The translations under genes were made by a program, and so were the position numbers. The notes below the pieces were generated by a model, which worked only from the letters and a program-made list of their open reading frames with translations, did no database searches and had not been told where the DNA came from. Shown one piece after another: positions 19,001-26,788 of a DNA stretch of 33,175 nucleotides (the first letter of the stretch is position 1; each line of letters begins with the position of its first letter). The stretch comes from a virus (Duplodnaviria > Caudoviricetes). The DNA lies in the IMG/VR virus record IMGVR_UViG_3300032373_000627, positions 1-33,175 of that record; one strand, written 5' to 3'.

Positions 19001-19223
19001 CGTCTGGACCCAATTGTATGGGCTTTTCGAATTGTCGAAGTCCGGAGAATTGCCGGTTGTTGCGCTCGGGCGCGTGCCGAACGCAGACGCGACAACCAAC
19101 GATCGCACGCTCTATTTGTACGGGACCCTAGACGGAACGGTGCAGGCATCAAACGTCCTAGGGGACGAAGGCGCCGGGGAAGTCTTCCGGATCGAATCAA
19201 TTACGATTGACGAGCTTAAGTAA
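16026..19223 (+). CDS. large tail-tip protein with Asp-box (BNR) repeats, possible evolved distal tail protein
   Basis: 1065 aa directly after TMP; SSDDQGATW and SQDYGDTW Asp-boxes. Confidence 0.7.
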   Translation: MGNRKNQHPTGLAVLDERWAPECLRANDGATGNSSYTQASPRPGSMVPSDPLTRQAVGIAGGQTQGVELRVQRGGPVGLGGQLALYRPSTSTADGDYRGWSPTMPGPYRILEHETAAASNGVYVDVIPSTQTPLALHCSAAGETVRLHRYNDLTTQWDEFDTSVSDGYDIIGTASFLLVMPETERLLVAEWGGTDVTVNSSDDQGATWRKYARFEIDLATNVYTRAAANGDEILVFGADNAGRMQQWASNTLLTSAIRIFDATTFGDQPSAFPIKGGGFGVAYIRDSDSFPVFTRIGNAYEDISTSTTTVISSAAAGHLAVTIDPNGSIYAVVRDFPGSACRVWLSQDYGDTWTELETGFYQANTVAFGPGQEWHLASCRGGFLWGFRHAAASTLDDSVAVWFLGGWSTVTFRDRAVGGTGKQATQVGFARAAQAPENQNWLGFDLPSSHPGWVAVGTVAGTLVSPGAMDITTTANNGYYENEFTAPNGVNDQILFFSEVEVLSGGSVTSDDIVLQTRWANGASTQGATLRMSSTQIRVLDAVAATTLATVAVDLTVPTQLLVALRGGSAAVIEGDGEDLMCFYRQGTDTEWTELHSGSLTGGGAGPATCRIQIGHIANSTSQSQWYQAHYCSADDAGLADQAIAHESLQAKLGSEITPGGFPLPGIGDETAGASPGTAFMVAGSGPGTVDEFFTVEPDADFSIKNLFPGISPSPYQPWRSTQTAVNEDIVIDLVYDTKLDGTGYTVVVAIENTNLKEIQVGAWDGATFTSLGDVEMSTGFEGLSYTLTGDVLRPDTATTADAGRFVQHGEFVGGYAVLDPTGTPKVRRILYNSSGIWTQNATLRPTFRLEGVDTSEAASGTCELRAPRGLFVIHLPDATAALVDRLRLRITAANNDVAESYFQIGSAFVGGLVGFGKRWSRGWSRAMIPNTSRRTSTWGTTRVREEGPPRRRWIMSWPDAVDLSKSLRDTSPSDADFVGPSGGEPLAVDQDVWTQLYGLFELSKSGELPVVALGRVPNADATTNDRTLYLYGTLDGTVQASNVLGDEGAGEVFRIESITIDELK

Positions 19224-21619
19224 TGGCGACACGTGCGGAAATTGATTTCGGCAACGGCGTGTGGCTGCTAGACCTTTTGGTGCTCGGGCGCCCGTTCTAC
19301 CTTGCGACCCAGCGCGTAGACGTGCCGACGGCGAAAGGGGACACGCGGAGCTATCAGCCGGGACTAGCGGACTTTGCGCTATCTAAGATCGATAGCGGCT
19401 TTTCCGGAACCTTCGGGCTCGCGATTAATGGCGGGGTTGACTGGGCCGAGCTTGTGGCGCGGGGGGTCCAGATCGAGCGAGCGCGCGCCGTCGTCCGGCG
19501 CTGGTACCCAGGATTAGCCCTCGAACGCGCTGAGGTCTTCCTAGCAGGCTTCGTGCAAGACATCGAATACGGCACGCCTGCCGAAGGCTTGCGGCTCTCT
19601 GTCGGGGCGCTGCCGAATGAGATTTCGACGACGGTTCCGCCGGCTTCGTTTCGGGTCGACGTCAATACGTGGCCCGTTCGTGGCGGGTTCACAACAGACG
19701 AGAAGATCATAGGCGCCAACTATCCGCTCGTGATCGGCGCCCCAGGGCACCGCCCTACGGGCGCGGCGCCGTTCCCCGTCGTTCCGGCGCTGGGTGTCGA
19801 GGTGACAGCGGCGGACGGCAATAGCCGGCTGCTAGTAAGCGCGGGAAGCGTCGCGGCCGCTACCGTCCGTCTCCATGACCTGACGGATACGCCGGCCGAT
19901 TCGGACGCGACGGTCGTAGAAGCCAGCGATGCGCTAGGCCGCGCCGCGAGTCAGATACAGTTTAGCTCCACCACAATAACCGCTGCGAAAGACCGGAAAT
20001 GGTACACCGGTTGGTATCTTGACGGCGGCGGGTTGGAACGTCGCGACGGCGGCGGGGCGGTCCGCGGCGCTATGGACGTCGTCCGCACGGTGCTAGAACG
20101 CTACAGCAATGTCCCGCTAGATACCGGCCGGATCGCTGCCGAAGCGGCCCGTCTCGATAATTACAAAATCGACACCTACATTAATCGCCCGATAAACGCG
20201 TGGGACTGGGTGACGCGGGAGATTATCCCGCTGCTACCGGTTGTTACGCTGGAATCGGAACGCGGCGTATACTGGCGTTTTCTCGACTGGAACGCGACGG
20301 CCGAGGATGCGATCGCACACTTTAATGCCGACACAAACGCCGTGGCTCGTGTGTCAAGCATCCGCACTGGTGATACGCGGATTGTTAACGAAATAACTAT
20401 GGAATACGCGCCCGTCGCGACGAGCGAGCGCTACCGCAAGCGGCGCACACTTACCGCTAACTATGGTGGGTTTTCGGGTGACATTGACGCGACACAAGAC
20501 ACGCGCGTATTGGGGTCGTATCGCTGTCGGCAGTCGCAACTCTACTTCGGGGTTCGCTCGCAGACTTTCAGCACGTCCGCGATTTGGGACGACGCTACCG
20601 CGGTCCTAATCCTAAAGGACATTGCCGCGGCTTCGGCGTTCCCCCATCGCTCCGTGACCTATGTGGGCGGATCCGAGCTTGCAGGCTACCAAATCGGCGA
20701 CATTATCACGCTAACGGATTCGGAGGTTTACCTAACAAATGTGCTAGCTATGGTCTCGGATGTTTCGATCGGCGGGTCCGCAGAAGTCCAGGTCGCCCTT
20801 ACGCTATTGGATAATCCGGCTTTCCTTTCCAAGCGGACGGCCCAAGCGAAAAGGACCATCCCAGAGCCTACGGAAGTCACGCCCGCGACGATTCCGGATC
20901 TGCGGTCCTGGTGGGACGGCTTCGATTCCGCGACTTACGACGGGTCAAACCTACTTACCGGGATCACGGATAAGGGGCCCGACGCCCGCGATCTAGTCCC
21001 TGACGGTGTAGGGGCTGGGCAAACGACCGCGACGATCAACGGCGTACCTACTGCGATGCCCGGTCCGTTCTCGTTCGCAATCCCTACAGAATTTGTAGAA
21101 GCGACGATTACCGAGGCAATCAATGATTATTCGGTGTTCTTTGTGGTCCCGCTAGATGGCACCGGAACCACGAACGACGTCTATTTCACCATAACCATGT
21201 CGGTATCGCCGTTTTACGGGTTGCGGATCAAGAATTCGACTTCGGGTAATGGCTTCTTCGATGTAAATAACGACGTCGGTATACAGGCGGTCTTTACCGC
21301 CCCGAAAAGCGCCGTGTACGCTTCGGGGTCCAGCGCTATCGGCGTGCTTCGGCGTTCCGGCGGGCGTTTTAAGGTTGATGTTTGGTATGACGTTGGGGCC
21401 GGAATCGTGAAACCCGCGCAGATCGACGTGGCCGATACGTCAACGGGGGCAATCAATGCCTCAGGCTTTGCCTTTGGGGGTCGCGGGTCCCTTACGCAAT
21501 TCTGGGCTACAAACTACCTTCACACGATAGCCTGGTATGATCGGGCAATGACAGACGGCGAAGTTGTAAGCGTGGCGCAATGGGCGGGGAACCGTCTAGG
21601 GTTTACTGGGATCGTCTAG
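19223..21619 (+). CDS. tail hub/tip protein with C-terminal lectin-like (LamG-type) domain
   Basis: 798 aa; VNEITMEY and YQIGDIITLTD hub-like segments; C-terminal LRSWWDG...IAWYDRAMTDGEV LamG-like pattern. Confidence 0.7.
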   Translation: MATRAEIDFGNGVWLLDLLVLGRPFYLATQRVDVPTAKGDTRSYQPGLADFALSKIDSGFSGTFGLAINGGVDWAELVARGVQIERARAVVRRWYPGLALERAEVFLAGFVQDIEYGTPAEGLRLSVGALPNEISTTVPPASFRVDVNTWPVRGGFTTDEKIIGANYPLVIGAPGHRPTGAAPFPVVPALGVEVTAADGNSRLLVSAGSVAAATVRLHDLTDTPADSDATVVEASDALGRAASQIQFSSTTITAAKDRKWYTGWYLDGGGLERRDGGGAVRGAMDVVRTVLERYSNVPLDTGRIAAEAARLDNYKIDTYINRPINAWDWVTREIIPLLPVVTLESERGVYWRFLDWNATAEDAIAHFNADTNAVARVSSIRTGDTRIVNEITMEYAPVATSERYRKRRTLTANYGGFSGDIDATQDTRVLGSYRCRQSQLYFGVRSQTFSTSAIWDDATAVLILKDIAAASAFPHRSVTYVGGSELAGYQIGDIITLTDSEVYLTNVLAMVSDVSIGGSAEVQVALTLLDNPAFLSKRTAQAKRTIPEPTEVTPATIPDLRSWWDGFDSATYDGSNLLTGITDKGPDARDLVPDGVGAGQTTATINGVPTAMPGPFSFAIPTEFVEATITEAINDYSVFFVVPLDGTGTTNDVYFTITMSVSPFYGLRIKNSTSGNGFFDVNNDVGIQAVFTAPKSAVYASGSSAIGVLRRSGGRFKVDVWYDVGAGIVKPAQIDVADTSTGAINASGFAFGGRGSLTQFWATNYLHTIAWYDRAMTDGEVVSVAQWAGNRLGFTGIV

Positions 21620-21629
21620 GGAGCCCCCA

Positions 21630-21878
21630 ATGGCCAGTAAAGTACCGGACGAACCAGAGCTACCGTCGAGCGGACGGCTAAGCCTGTCGCTAGACCGGCA
21701 GACGATTGGGTGGTTTCTGGGGATTGCCGGGGTTGGCGCCGCTGGCGCCGCTGGCGGTGGGGGGCTTGCTGGCGTATTTGACCCGAACCACGAAGATTTG
21801 TACGACCGTCTACGCGCGGTTGAACGGAACCAGATTCGTATCTGTGTGGAGCTAAAAGTGGACTGCGATAGCGAATAA
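21630..21878 (+). CDS. putative holin / membrane lysis protein
   Basis: One Gly/Ala-rich hydrophobic segment; GGGAG RBS; TAATG-coupled to the peptidase. Confidence 0.5.
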   Translation: MASKVPDEPELPSSGRLSLSLDRQTIGWFLGIAGVGAAGAAGGGGLAGVFDPNHEDLYDRLRAVERNQIRICVELKVDCDSE

Positions 21879-22435
21879 TGCCCGACTATTGCGCCGGTCT
21901 AGACGTCGATAGCTACCGTGCCCTTCCTTTGGGTGTTCGTGTCCGCCTCGCAGCCGTTGATTGCCTAGGTTGGCGGTACAGTCGGAACAACGCGTTCCCA
22001 CGGGCTCGTAAGGGTCTGCCGGACTTGGTCGACCCGTTCGGCCACGGGATCGATTGCTCGTCGTTCACCGCGTACGTTTTGCTTACGGCGTTCCCGCTCG
22101 GGCGGTGGGACGCCGAACGCTATGGCGAGTTGCAGATTTTCAATGCCTCGGAACCGTGGTCGCCGATCGATGCCGTGGAGCGCGCCGGGGTCGGCTCGCG
22201 CGTGTCGGCGCCCGTCGCTGGCCTGTGGCATTTGACACAGGCATGGAAAAGTCTAGCGCCGCTTGCCGGAGGGCATGCCCGGCTGAGCTACTCGCAGCCC
22301 GACGGGGGGTTGCTGGTTCTGGAATCGACCACGAAGCGGGACGGCGTCGGCCCGACTTGGTCCGCAACGACGTGGGACGCCCTAGCGGCCCGTTACCCCG
22401 CTGGCGTTCGGGCCGCGGCCCTGGGGCCTGGTTAG
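21878..22435 (+). CDS. NlpC/P60-type cysteine peptidase, putative endolysin
   Basis: GIDCSSFT catalytic Cys motif and downstream GGHA His; last gene of late operon. Confidence 0.75.
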   Translation: MPDYCAGLDVDSYRALPLGVRVRLAAVDCLGWRYSRNNAFPRARKGLPDLVDPFGHGIDCSSFTAYVLLTAFPLGRWDAERYGELQIFNASEPWSPIDAVERAGVGSRVSAPVAGLWHLTQAWKSLAPLAGGHARLSYSQPDGGLLVLESTTKRDGVGPTWSATTWDALAARYPAGVRAAALGPG

Positions 22436-22491
22436 GGATCGACGGACGGGCGTACCCGGCCCGCCATTCGGAGAGCGCTCCTGCGGCGCTC

Positions 22492-22530
22492 GCGGCCCTA
22501 GGGCGGATTGATTCCCCGCCCTAGGGCCGC
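22492..22530. terminator. bidirectional terminator-like hairpin between late and early operons
   Basis: Perfect 15-bp arms GCGGCCCTAGGGCGG / CCGCCCTAGGGCCGC with 9-nt loop between converging genes. Confidence 0.65.
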
Positions 22531-22542
22531 ATTCGTTCCGGC

Positions 22543-23319
22543 TCAGAGGGGGCGGTTGTCGTCGTCCCGTAGGAATTCCGCCACGACCGGGCGGGCCGCT
22601 TCGGATGGGAGCCACGCTAGCAGCTTGCGCCGCGTGTCGGAATCCATGGCCGACGGCCGCGGCTTCGCGACCGATTCGAGGAACCGACATAGCTCCGCAT
22701 ACTTCCATCCGAGCTGTTCGATCTGCGCCATGAATGCGCGCCGCTCGGACGTTGTAAAGCTCGGGTCGTGCTCGGGCTTCGTGGGCGGGGCGGCCTTCGG
22801 GGCTGGCTTCGCCGTTTGCTCTGTAGGGGCCTTTCTAGCCGTTTGCTTTGGCTCCCTATGCGCTGGGGCCTGTTTCGGCTGCGGACGGCTTCTAGGGGCA
22901 CTAGGGCGCGCGGAATTGCCGTCGTCGTCGTCCCCGTCCGGTGCAATTCCGACAAGTCCGCATAGCGCATAGCGACGGGCATAGGTCGCAGCGCTGCCGA
23001 CCCCTTGGGCGTCGTCTTTCTTTGCGGGAAGTCGCAGGACGCTTTCGATCCACTGGCCCGACGCGTGGAGCAACCGCGACGTGCACACGACGTGTCGCCC
23101 CTCCGTGGCCAGCCCTTGCACGACCGCGAGCCCGTTCGTCGTCAACGGCTCGCGGCAAGCGTCCCAACACGCCGTTAGCGACGCATAGCTTGCGCGGAAG
23201 TGGGGGTTCTTACTGTCTTCTCGAGCATTCACGATGGCCGATTGCGCTTTAGCGAGCGCACCGGCTAGCTCCGCTACTTCGGGGGACGTCTTGAAAGTCT
23301 CGGTCATAACTGATTCCAT
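22543..23319 (-). CDS. erf: ERF-family single-strand annealing protein
   Basis: ALAKAQ...KNPHFRASYASL...LLHASGQWIES...QGVGSAATYARRYALCGLVGIAPDGDDDDGN. Confidence 0.92.
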   Translation of the reverse strand: MESVMTETFKTSPEVAELAGALAKAQSAIVNAREDSKNPHFRASYASLTACWDACREPLTTNGLAVVQGLATEGRHVVCTSRLLHASGQWIESVLRLPAKKDDAQGVGSAATYARRYALCGLVGIAPDGDDDDGNSARPSAPRSRPQPKQAPAHREPKQTARKAPTEQTAKPAPKAAPPTKPEHDPSFTTSERRAFMAQIEQLGWKYAELCRFLESVAKPRPSAMDSDTRRKLLAWLPSEAARPVVAEFLRDDDNRPL

Positions 23320-23567
23320 AGTAAATACCTACCGTTTCACGTGCGCACACCCTTGCGCACGGTTGTGCGCACCCTCAACGTTCAAACCGTCCTTTTACGG
23401 AAGGTCCGCAGTAACCCAGGGTTAAGGCCATATCGGCGAAACGCAAGGGGGAACGGGGTTTTAGAGGGGCTGCGCCGCTTTTGGCTTTAGTCCTCGGTGG
23501 ACTAACCGGGGCTGGGGTTAAAACTGCGTTTTGGGCGAATCGTGCGCACGGAGTGTGCGTACCGTTG

Positions 23568-23759
23568 CTAGTCTTCGTCTTCGTGGTCGCCGTCGTCTTC
23601 GATTGGCTCGCGGGCATTCCAATACGCATCGCACGGGGACATGCAGAGGCACGCTGGCGCCGAGCATTGCGCCGTGGGACGGCGCCGGCGCCGTGGGCGG
23701 TCGAAGCCTTCGTAGGGCTCGCGGTCGAAGCCTTCGTAGGGCTCGCGGTTGTCACTCAT
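23568..23759 (-). CDS. small Cys-containing hypothetical protein
   Basis: MSDNREPYEGFDREPYEGFD...CSAPACLCMSPC; start overlaps end of rusA. Confidence 0.5.
   Translation of the reverse strand: MSDNREPYEGFDREPYEGFDRPRRRRRPTAQCSAPACLCMSPCDAYWNAREPIEDDGDHEDED
23697..23749. repeat. 24-bp tandem duplication
   Basis: GCGGTCGAAGCCTTCGTAGGGCTC x2 plus GCGGT. Confidence 0.95.
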
Positions 23760-24381
23760 GACCTGCCCCCGCGGTTTCTGGGGTTGCAGCGGGGCTATAG
23801 GCATGTTCGGTCTCTCTGTTCGTGCTGGGGTTTAGGGTCGGCCGCGGGTTCGCGGCTAGGTCCGCGATCGTGATTTCAGTGCGTGGTTCCTCCTCTTTCG
23901 CGGCGTAGACCGTGAAAGCGCAAAGGAAATGCACGGCGCTATCGTCCGTCCAAACGCCCGCCCGGGTCCCGCCGTCTAGAACGGCCTTTGAGACGTTGTC
24001 GGCGTCCGGCTTCGCTAGGCAGGGGTTGCGCCCGTCCGTCCATGGCAACGGATAGTCCTTCGGCTTGCGCTGGGGCCGGCGCTTAACGGCAGTGATCCAG
24101 ACCATAGGCGCCGCCATAGGGCCGCGCCGGGTCCCAAACCCATAGTGCGCCAATCGCCAACACATGGTGCCGTAGAACGCGATCACCTCATGGGGCGTAT
24201 AGCGGCGCCCCTCGCGGGTTCGTGCGACCGCGGGTTTCCCGAGGGGCGGGCCGGGAATCACAACGACGACGGGCCCGGGCGGCGGTTCGGCTAGACGGTT
24301 CGCCAATCGAAGCCCCCTAGGTCGTATCGGTGCCCGGCGGTCATTTCGCAAAGCCGCGAGTAAACCCGTTCGCCGAACCAC
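23752..24381 (-). CDS. rusA: RusA-family Holliday junction resolvase
   Basis: IPGPPLGK...YTP, KPDADNVSKAVLDG...WTDDSAV, EEPRTEITI; true start probably near TTG 24306. Confidence 0.88.
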   Translation of the reverse strand: MVRRTGLLAALRNDRRAPIRPRGLRLANRLAEPPPGPVVVVIPGPPLGKPAVARTREGRRYTPHEVIAFYGTMCWRLAHYGFGTRRGPMAAPMVWITAVKRRPQRKPKDYPLPWTDGRNPCLAKPDADNVSKAVLDGGTRAGVWTDDSAVHFLCAFTVYAAKEEEPRTEITIADLAANPRPTLNPSTNRETEHAYSPAATPETAGAGHE

Positions 24382-25343
24382 GCGCGGATACCGGATTTGA
24401 CAATGCGCCCGTTGGACCGCAAGTCTTCGAATGGGATATTAGAGGTGATAACTAGGTTCTGCCCCACCGCGTACCGGCGCCGGATCAACCGCTGCACGGA
24501 TTCGATAGCCTCAGGCGGTGCTTTCTTTTTCGCTAGCGGGTCAAAGCCTTCTTCCCCTAGATCGTCGAGAATCAGGGCGTTTGCGTCCGTGACCTTCGCT
24601 AGCGGCGCCCGGTCCCGTTCCCATCCGAGCTTCACCCGATCGACCAGGTCTCCATGGGGGCACAGCAGCACGGACCACGACGGGGCCGACTGGTAATAGA
24701 CATCGCGGCCCGCCAGCACCGCGCGGTCCATTTTGGCTTCGCCGAAGCGCTTCTCTAGCTCGTCAAGCGTGCATTCCCGGCGCTGCAACGGCGGGCGTTC
24801 TAGCAGCCGGGTAGCCAGCGCCGAAGCGTATAGCGTTTTCCCCGTGCCCGGTCGCCCGTAAAGATAGATGGAATGCCCGCTATGGGGGGTCCAGGATGCC
24901 ATATCTTTAGCCGCTTCGACGTTCCGACGGAGCACGCCGATCGTCGGTAGCCCGTAAGCCCTCACGCGCTCCGCGAACGTCGCAACGGGCTCGTCTTTCC
25001 AGCCGTCGCGCGTTTCGTATTGGTCTTGGACTTCGAAGCGGTCCCACCGGAACGGCCGGTCTTTCGTGCCGACTTGGGCCCACCTCTGGCGGTCGTGCAG
25101 CGCTTTTAGCTCGTCGGCTTGCTCCTGAGCGGGTCTACAGACGGCGCACGGACTGACGGAGGGGGCGCATAGCCGCGGAGCAATCCGGCCCGCGTAGCGG
25201 TGCCCTGGGGGGGGGAACGTCGTCCAGTCGTAGACGCGGCCGCAATCGCAGACCAGCGGCGCCCGTAGGTCGTCCGGTAGTAGCTCGTCATCGCCCATAA
25301 TGGCGTTTGGGGCGATGTTTCTAAGGATGTCATCGGTGAGCAT
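24291..25343 (-). CDS. DnaC/IstB-like AAA+ ATPase (helicase loader)
   Basis: Walker A GRPGTGKT, Walker B LILDDLG, VITSN, GERVYSRLCEM; N-terminal Cys pairs; TAATG-coupled to initiator. Confidence 0.88.
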   Translation of the reverse strand: MLTDDILRNIAPNAIMGDDELLPDDLRAPLVCDCGRVYDWTTFPPPGHRYAGRIAPRLCAPSVSPCAVCRPAQEQADELKALHDRQRWAQVGTKDRPFRWDRFEVQDQYETRDGWKDEPVATFAERVRAYGLPTIGVLRRNVEAAKDMASWTPHSGHSIYLYGRPGTGKTLYASALATRLLERPPLQRRECTLDELEKRFGEAKMDRAVLAGRDVYYQSAPSWSVLLCPHGDLVDRVKLGWERDRAPLAKVTDANALILDDLGEEGFDPLAKKKAPPEAIESVQRLIRRRYAVGQNLVITSNIPFEDLRSNGRIVKSGIRAWFGERVYSRLCEMTAGHRYDLGGFDWRTV

Positions 25344-26278
25344 TAGAAGAATTCCGGATCTGGGGCGCGGTTGGGGCGGGGCGCGTCGTCGGGCTCGGGC
25401 TCGGACGGGAAGTATTCACCGGGCAACGGCGGCCGGGGAGGTTCCCCGCCGTCCGCCATTTCGAGGTATTCGGCAAAATTGGAGCTTCTAAGGACCGTTT
25501 TAAGCCCTAGGCCCTTGTCCCGCAGGAATTCCGCCCGGCTATGGCCGCTGAAAGCCCACCACCTAAGCACCGTTTCGACGGCTTCGGCGTCGTGCTCGCC
25601 GATACGGGCGACGAGCAGACGCCCCAGGGCGGACCCCTTCGGAATCCTCCGTTTGCGCTGTCGACCCAACGCCGGCCCGATTTCGTCCTGATAAACGGCG
25701 TGCACCCTGGCATAGGCCGGATCTGGGGCTACGGGCTCGGGCTTAACTGACGGCTCGTCGTCCTTAACCGCGCCTTTATTAGAATAACTAGTATTAACGT
25801 AGTTAATACTAAATGAAGGGTCAGAGCAGGCGCGCGCCCGCGAGCGCGACGCGCCCGCGGACACGCCCGCGGGCGTGTCCGCGCGCGGACTACCTAAGGG
25901 CGTCCCCGGCTGGGGTACCTCTGGGGTACCTCTGGGGTCATGGTGGGGTACCTCTGGGGTACCTCTGGGGTCATTGCGGCCGGTATTCGGCGTTAAAACT
26001 GGGGCGGCTGGGGTCATGGTGGGGTACCTCTGGGGTACCTCTGGGGTCATGGTGGGGTCATGGTGGGGTACCTCGCTTAGCCAGCGGCGGGCCGTTTTCT
26101 TCGTGACTCCCCACCGGGCAGCTAGCGCCCGTTGCGAGGGTAGCGGGGTCCCGGTTGCTGCATGCCAGCGCAGATCGGCAATAACGAGGCTTTTAGGCCA
26201 ACGACCGCCAACACGGCCCAAGTCCCGCCCGAAGACGAACGGGACGAAAAGCGGGATATCACCTAGCTTATCAGTCAC
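25343..26278 (-). CDS. replication initiator protein (lambda O-like organisation)
   Basis: N-terminal HTH PSQRALAARWGVTKKTARRWL; internal iteron array; C-terminal LKTVLRSSNFAEYL; directly upstream of DnaC-like gene. Confidence 0.82.
   Translation of the reverse strand: MTDKLGDIPLFVPFVFGRDLGRVGGRWPKSLVIADLRWHAATGTPLPSQRALAARWGVTKKTARRWLSEVPHHDPTMTPEVPQRYPTMTPAAPVLTPNTGRNDPRGTPEVPHHDPRGTPEVPQPGTPLGSPRADTPAGVSAGASRSRARACSDPSFSINYVNTSYSNKGAVKDDEPSVKPEPVAPDPAYARVHAVYQDEIGPALGRQRKRRIPKGSALGRLLVARIGEHDAEAVETVLRWWAFSGHSRAEFLRDKGLGLKTVLRSSNFAEYLEMADGGEPPRPPLPGEYFPSEPEPDDAPRPNRAPDPEFF
25776..26074. repeat. putative replication origin: twelve 11-bp iterons, GC palindrome and AT-rich inverted repeat
   Basis: TGGGGTACCTC / TGGGGTCATGG units at 25911-25976 and 26009-26074; 28-bp palindrome 25856-25883; TAGTATTAAC-gta-GTTAATACTA at 25789-25811. 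Confidence 0.8.
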
Positions 26279-26606
26279 GCTGGGCCGCTACTTGATCCAG
26301 GTATTCCGCGGCCGACACGTCCCACGGATCTTGCGTGTCGCGGTTGCTGGCGCGGTTGGCTCGGGCCGGGACCGCTCGCGGGGCGTTATTCACCTCAACA
26401 GGGCGCGCCTTGCCTAGGCAGTCGATAACGGCCCCCCATACGACCTTTTCCCGCGTCCCGATTCGCGACACAAGCCCGTTACGCCGAAGCCAACGGGCCG
26501 CGTCCTCGAAACCGAGCAGGCGGGCCGCTTGTGAGACGGAAAAGACGGCGGCCCGTCCTTGCTTTAGGCGTTCCTGGTAGACCTCAGATTTAGGCGGGGC
26601 GCTCAT
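26271..26606 (-). CDS. excisionase-like HTH DNA-binding protein
   Basis: VFSVSQAARLLGFEDAARWLRRNGLV; ATGA coupling at 26603-26606. Confidence 0.6.
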   Translation of the reverse strand: MSAPPKSEVYQERLKQGRAAVFSVSQAARLLGFEDAARWLRRNGLVSRIGTREKVVWGAVIDCLGKARPVEVNNAPRAVPARANRASNRDTQDPWDVSAAEYLDQVAAQRD

Positions 26607-26788
26607 TCGATGATCTCTCTGTTGGTGCCTGTGTTGGGCGGGTTGGTTGGATGCGTTTCGGGCTCGCGAAGCTGGTTCTCTTGCGCCCTGCATAGGACTT
26701 CGATGGCGTAGGCTTCCGCGGGCCACGGCTTCGGAAGCGACGCCAGAAGACGGCGCCACAAATCAGGGGGGATTGTAAAGTTATCCAC
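26603..26788 (-). CDS. small hypothetical protein
   Basis: 61 aa, GGGGGGA upstream of GTG, coupled to both neighbours. Confidence 0.6.
   Translation of the reverse strand: MDNFTIPPDLWRRLLASLPKPWPAEAYAIEVLCRAQENQLREPETHPTNPPNTGTNREIIE

Noticed and set aside
23517-23526. GTTAAAACTG shared with the iteron spacer (25992-26001)
   Set aside because: A single 10-bp match can arise by chance in 33 kb; no further support
25911-26074. CRISPR-like array
   Set aside because: Units are 11-bp tandem repeats without unique spacers and there are no cas genes; better explained as iterons
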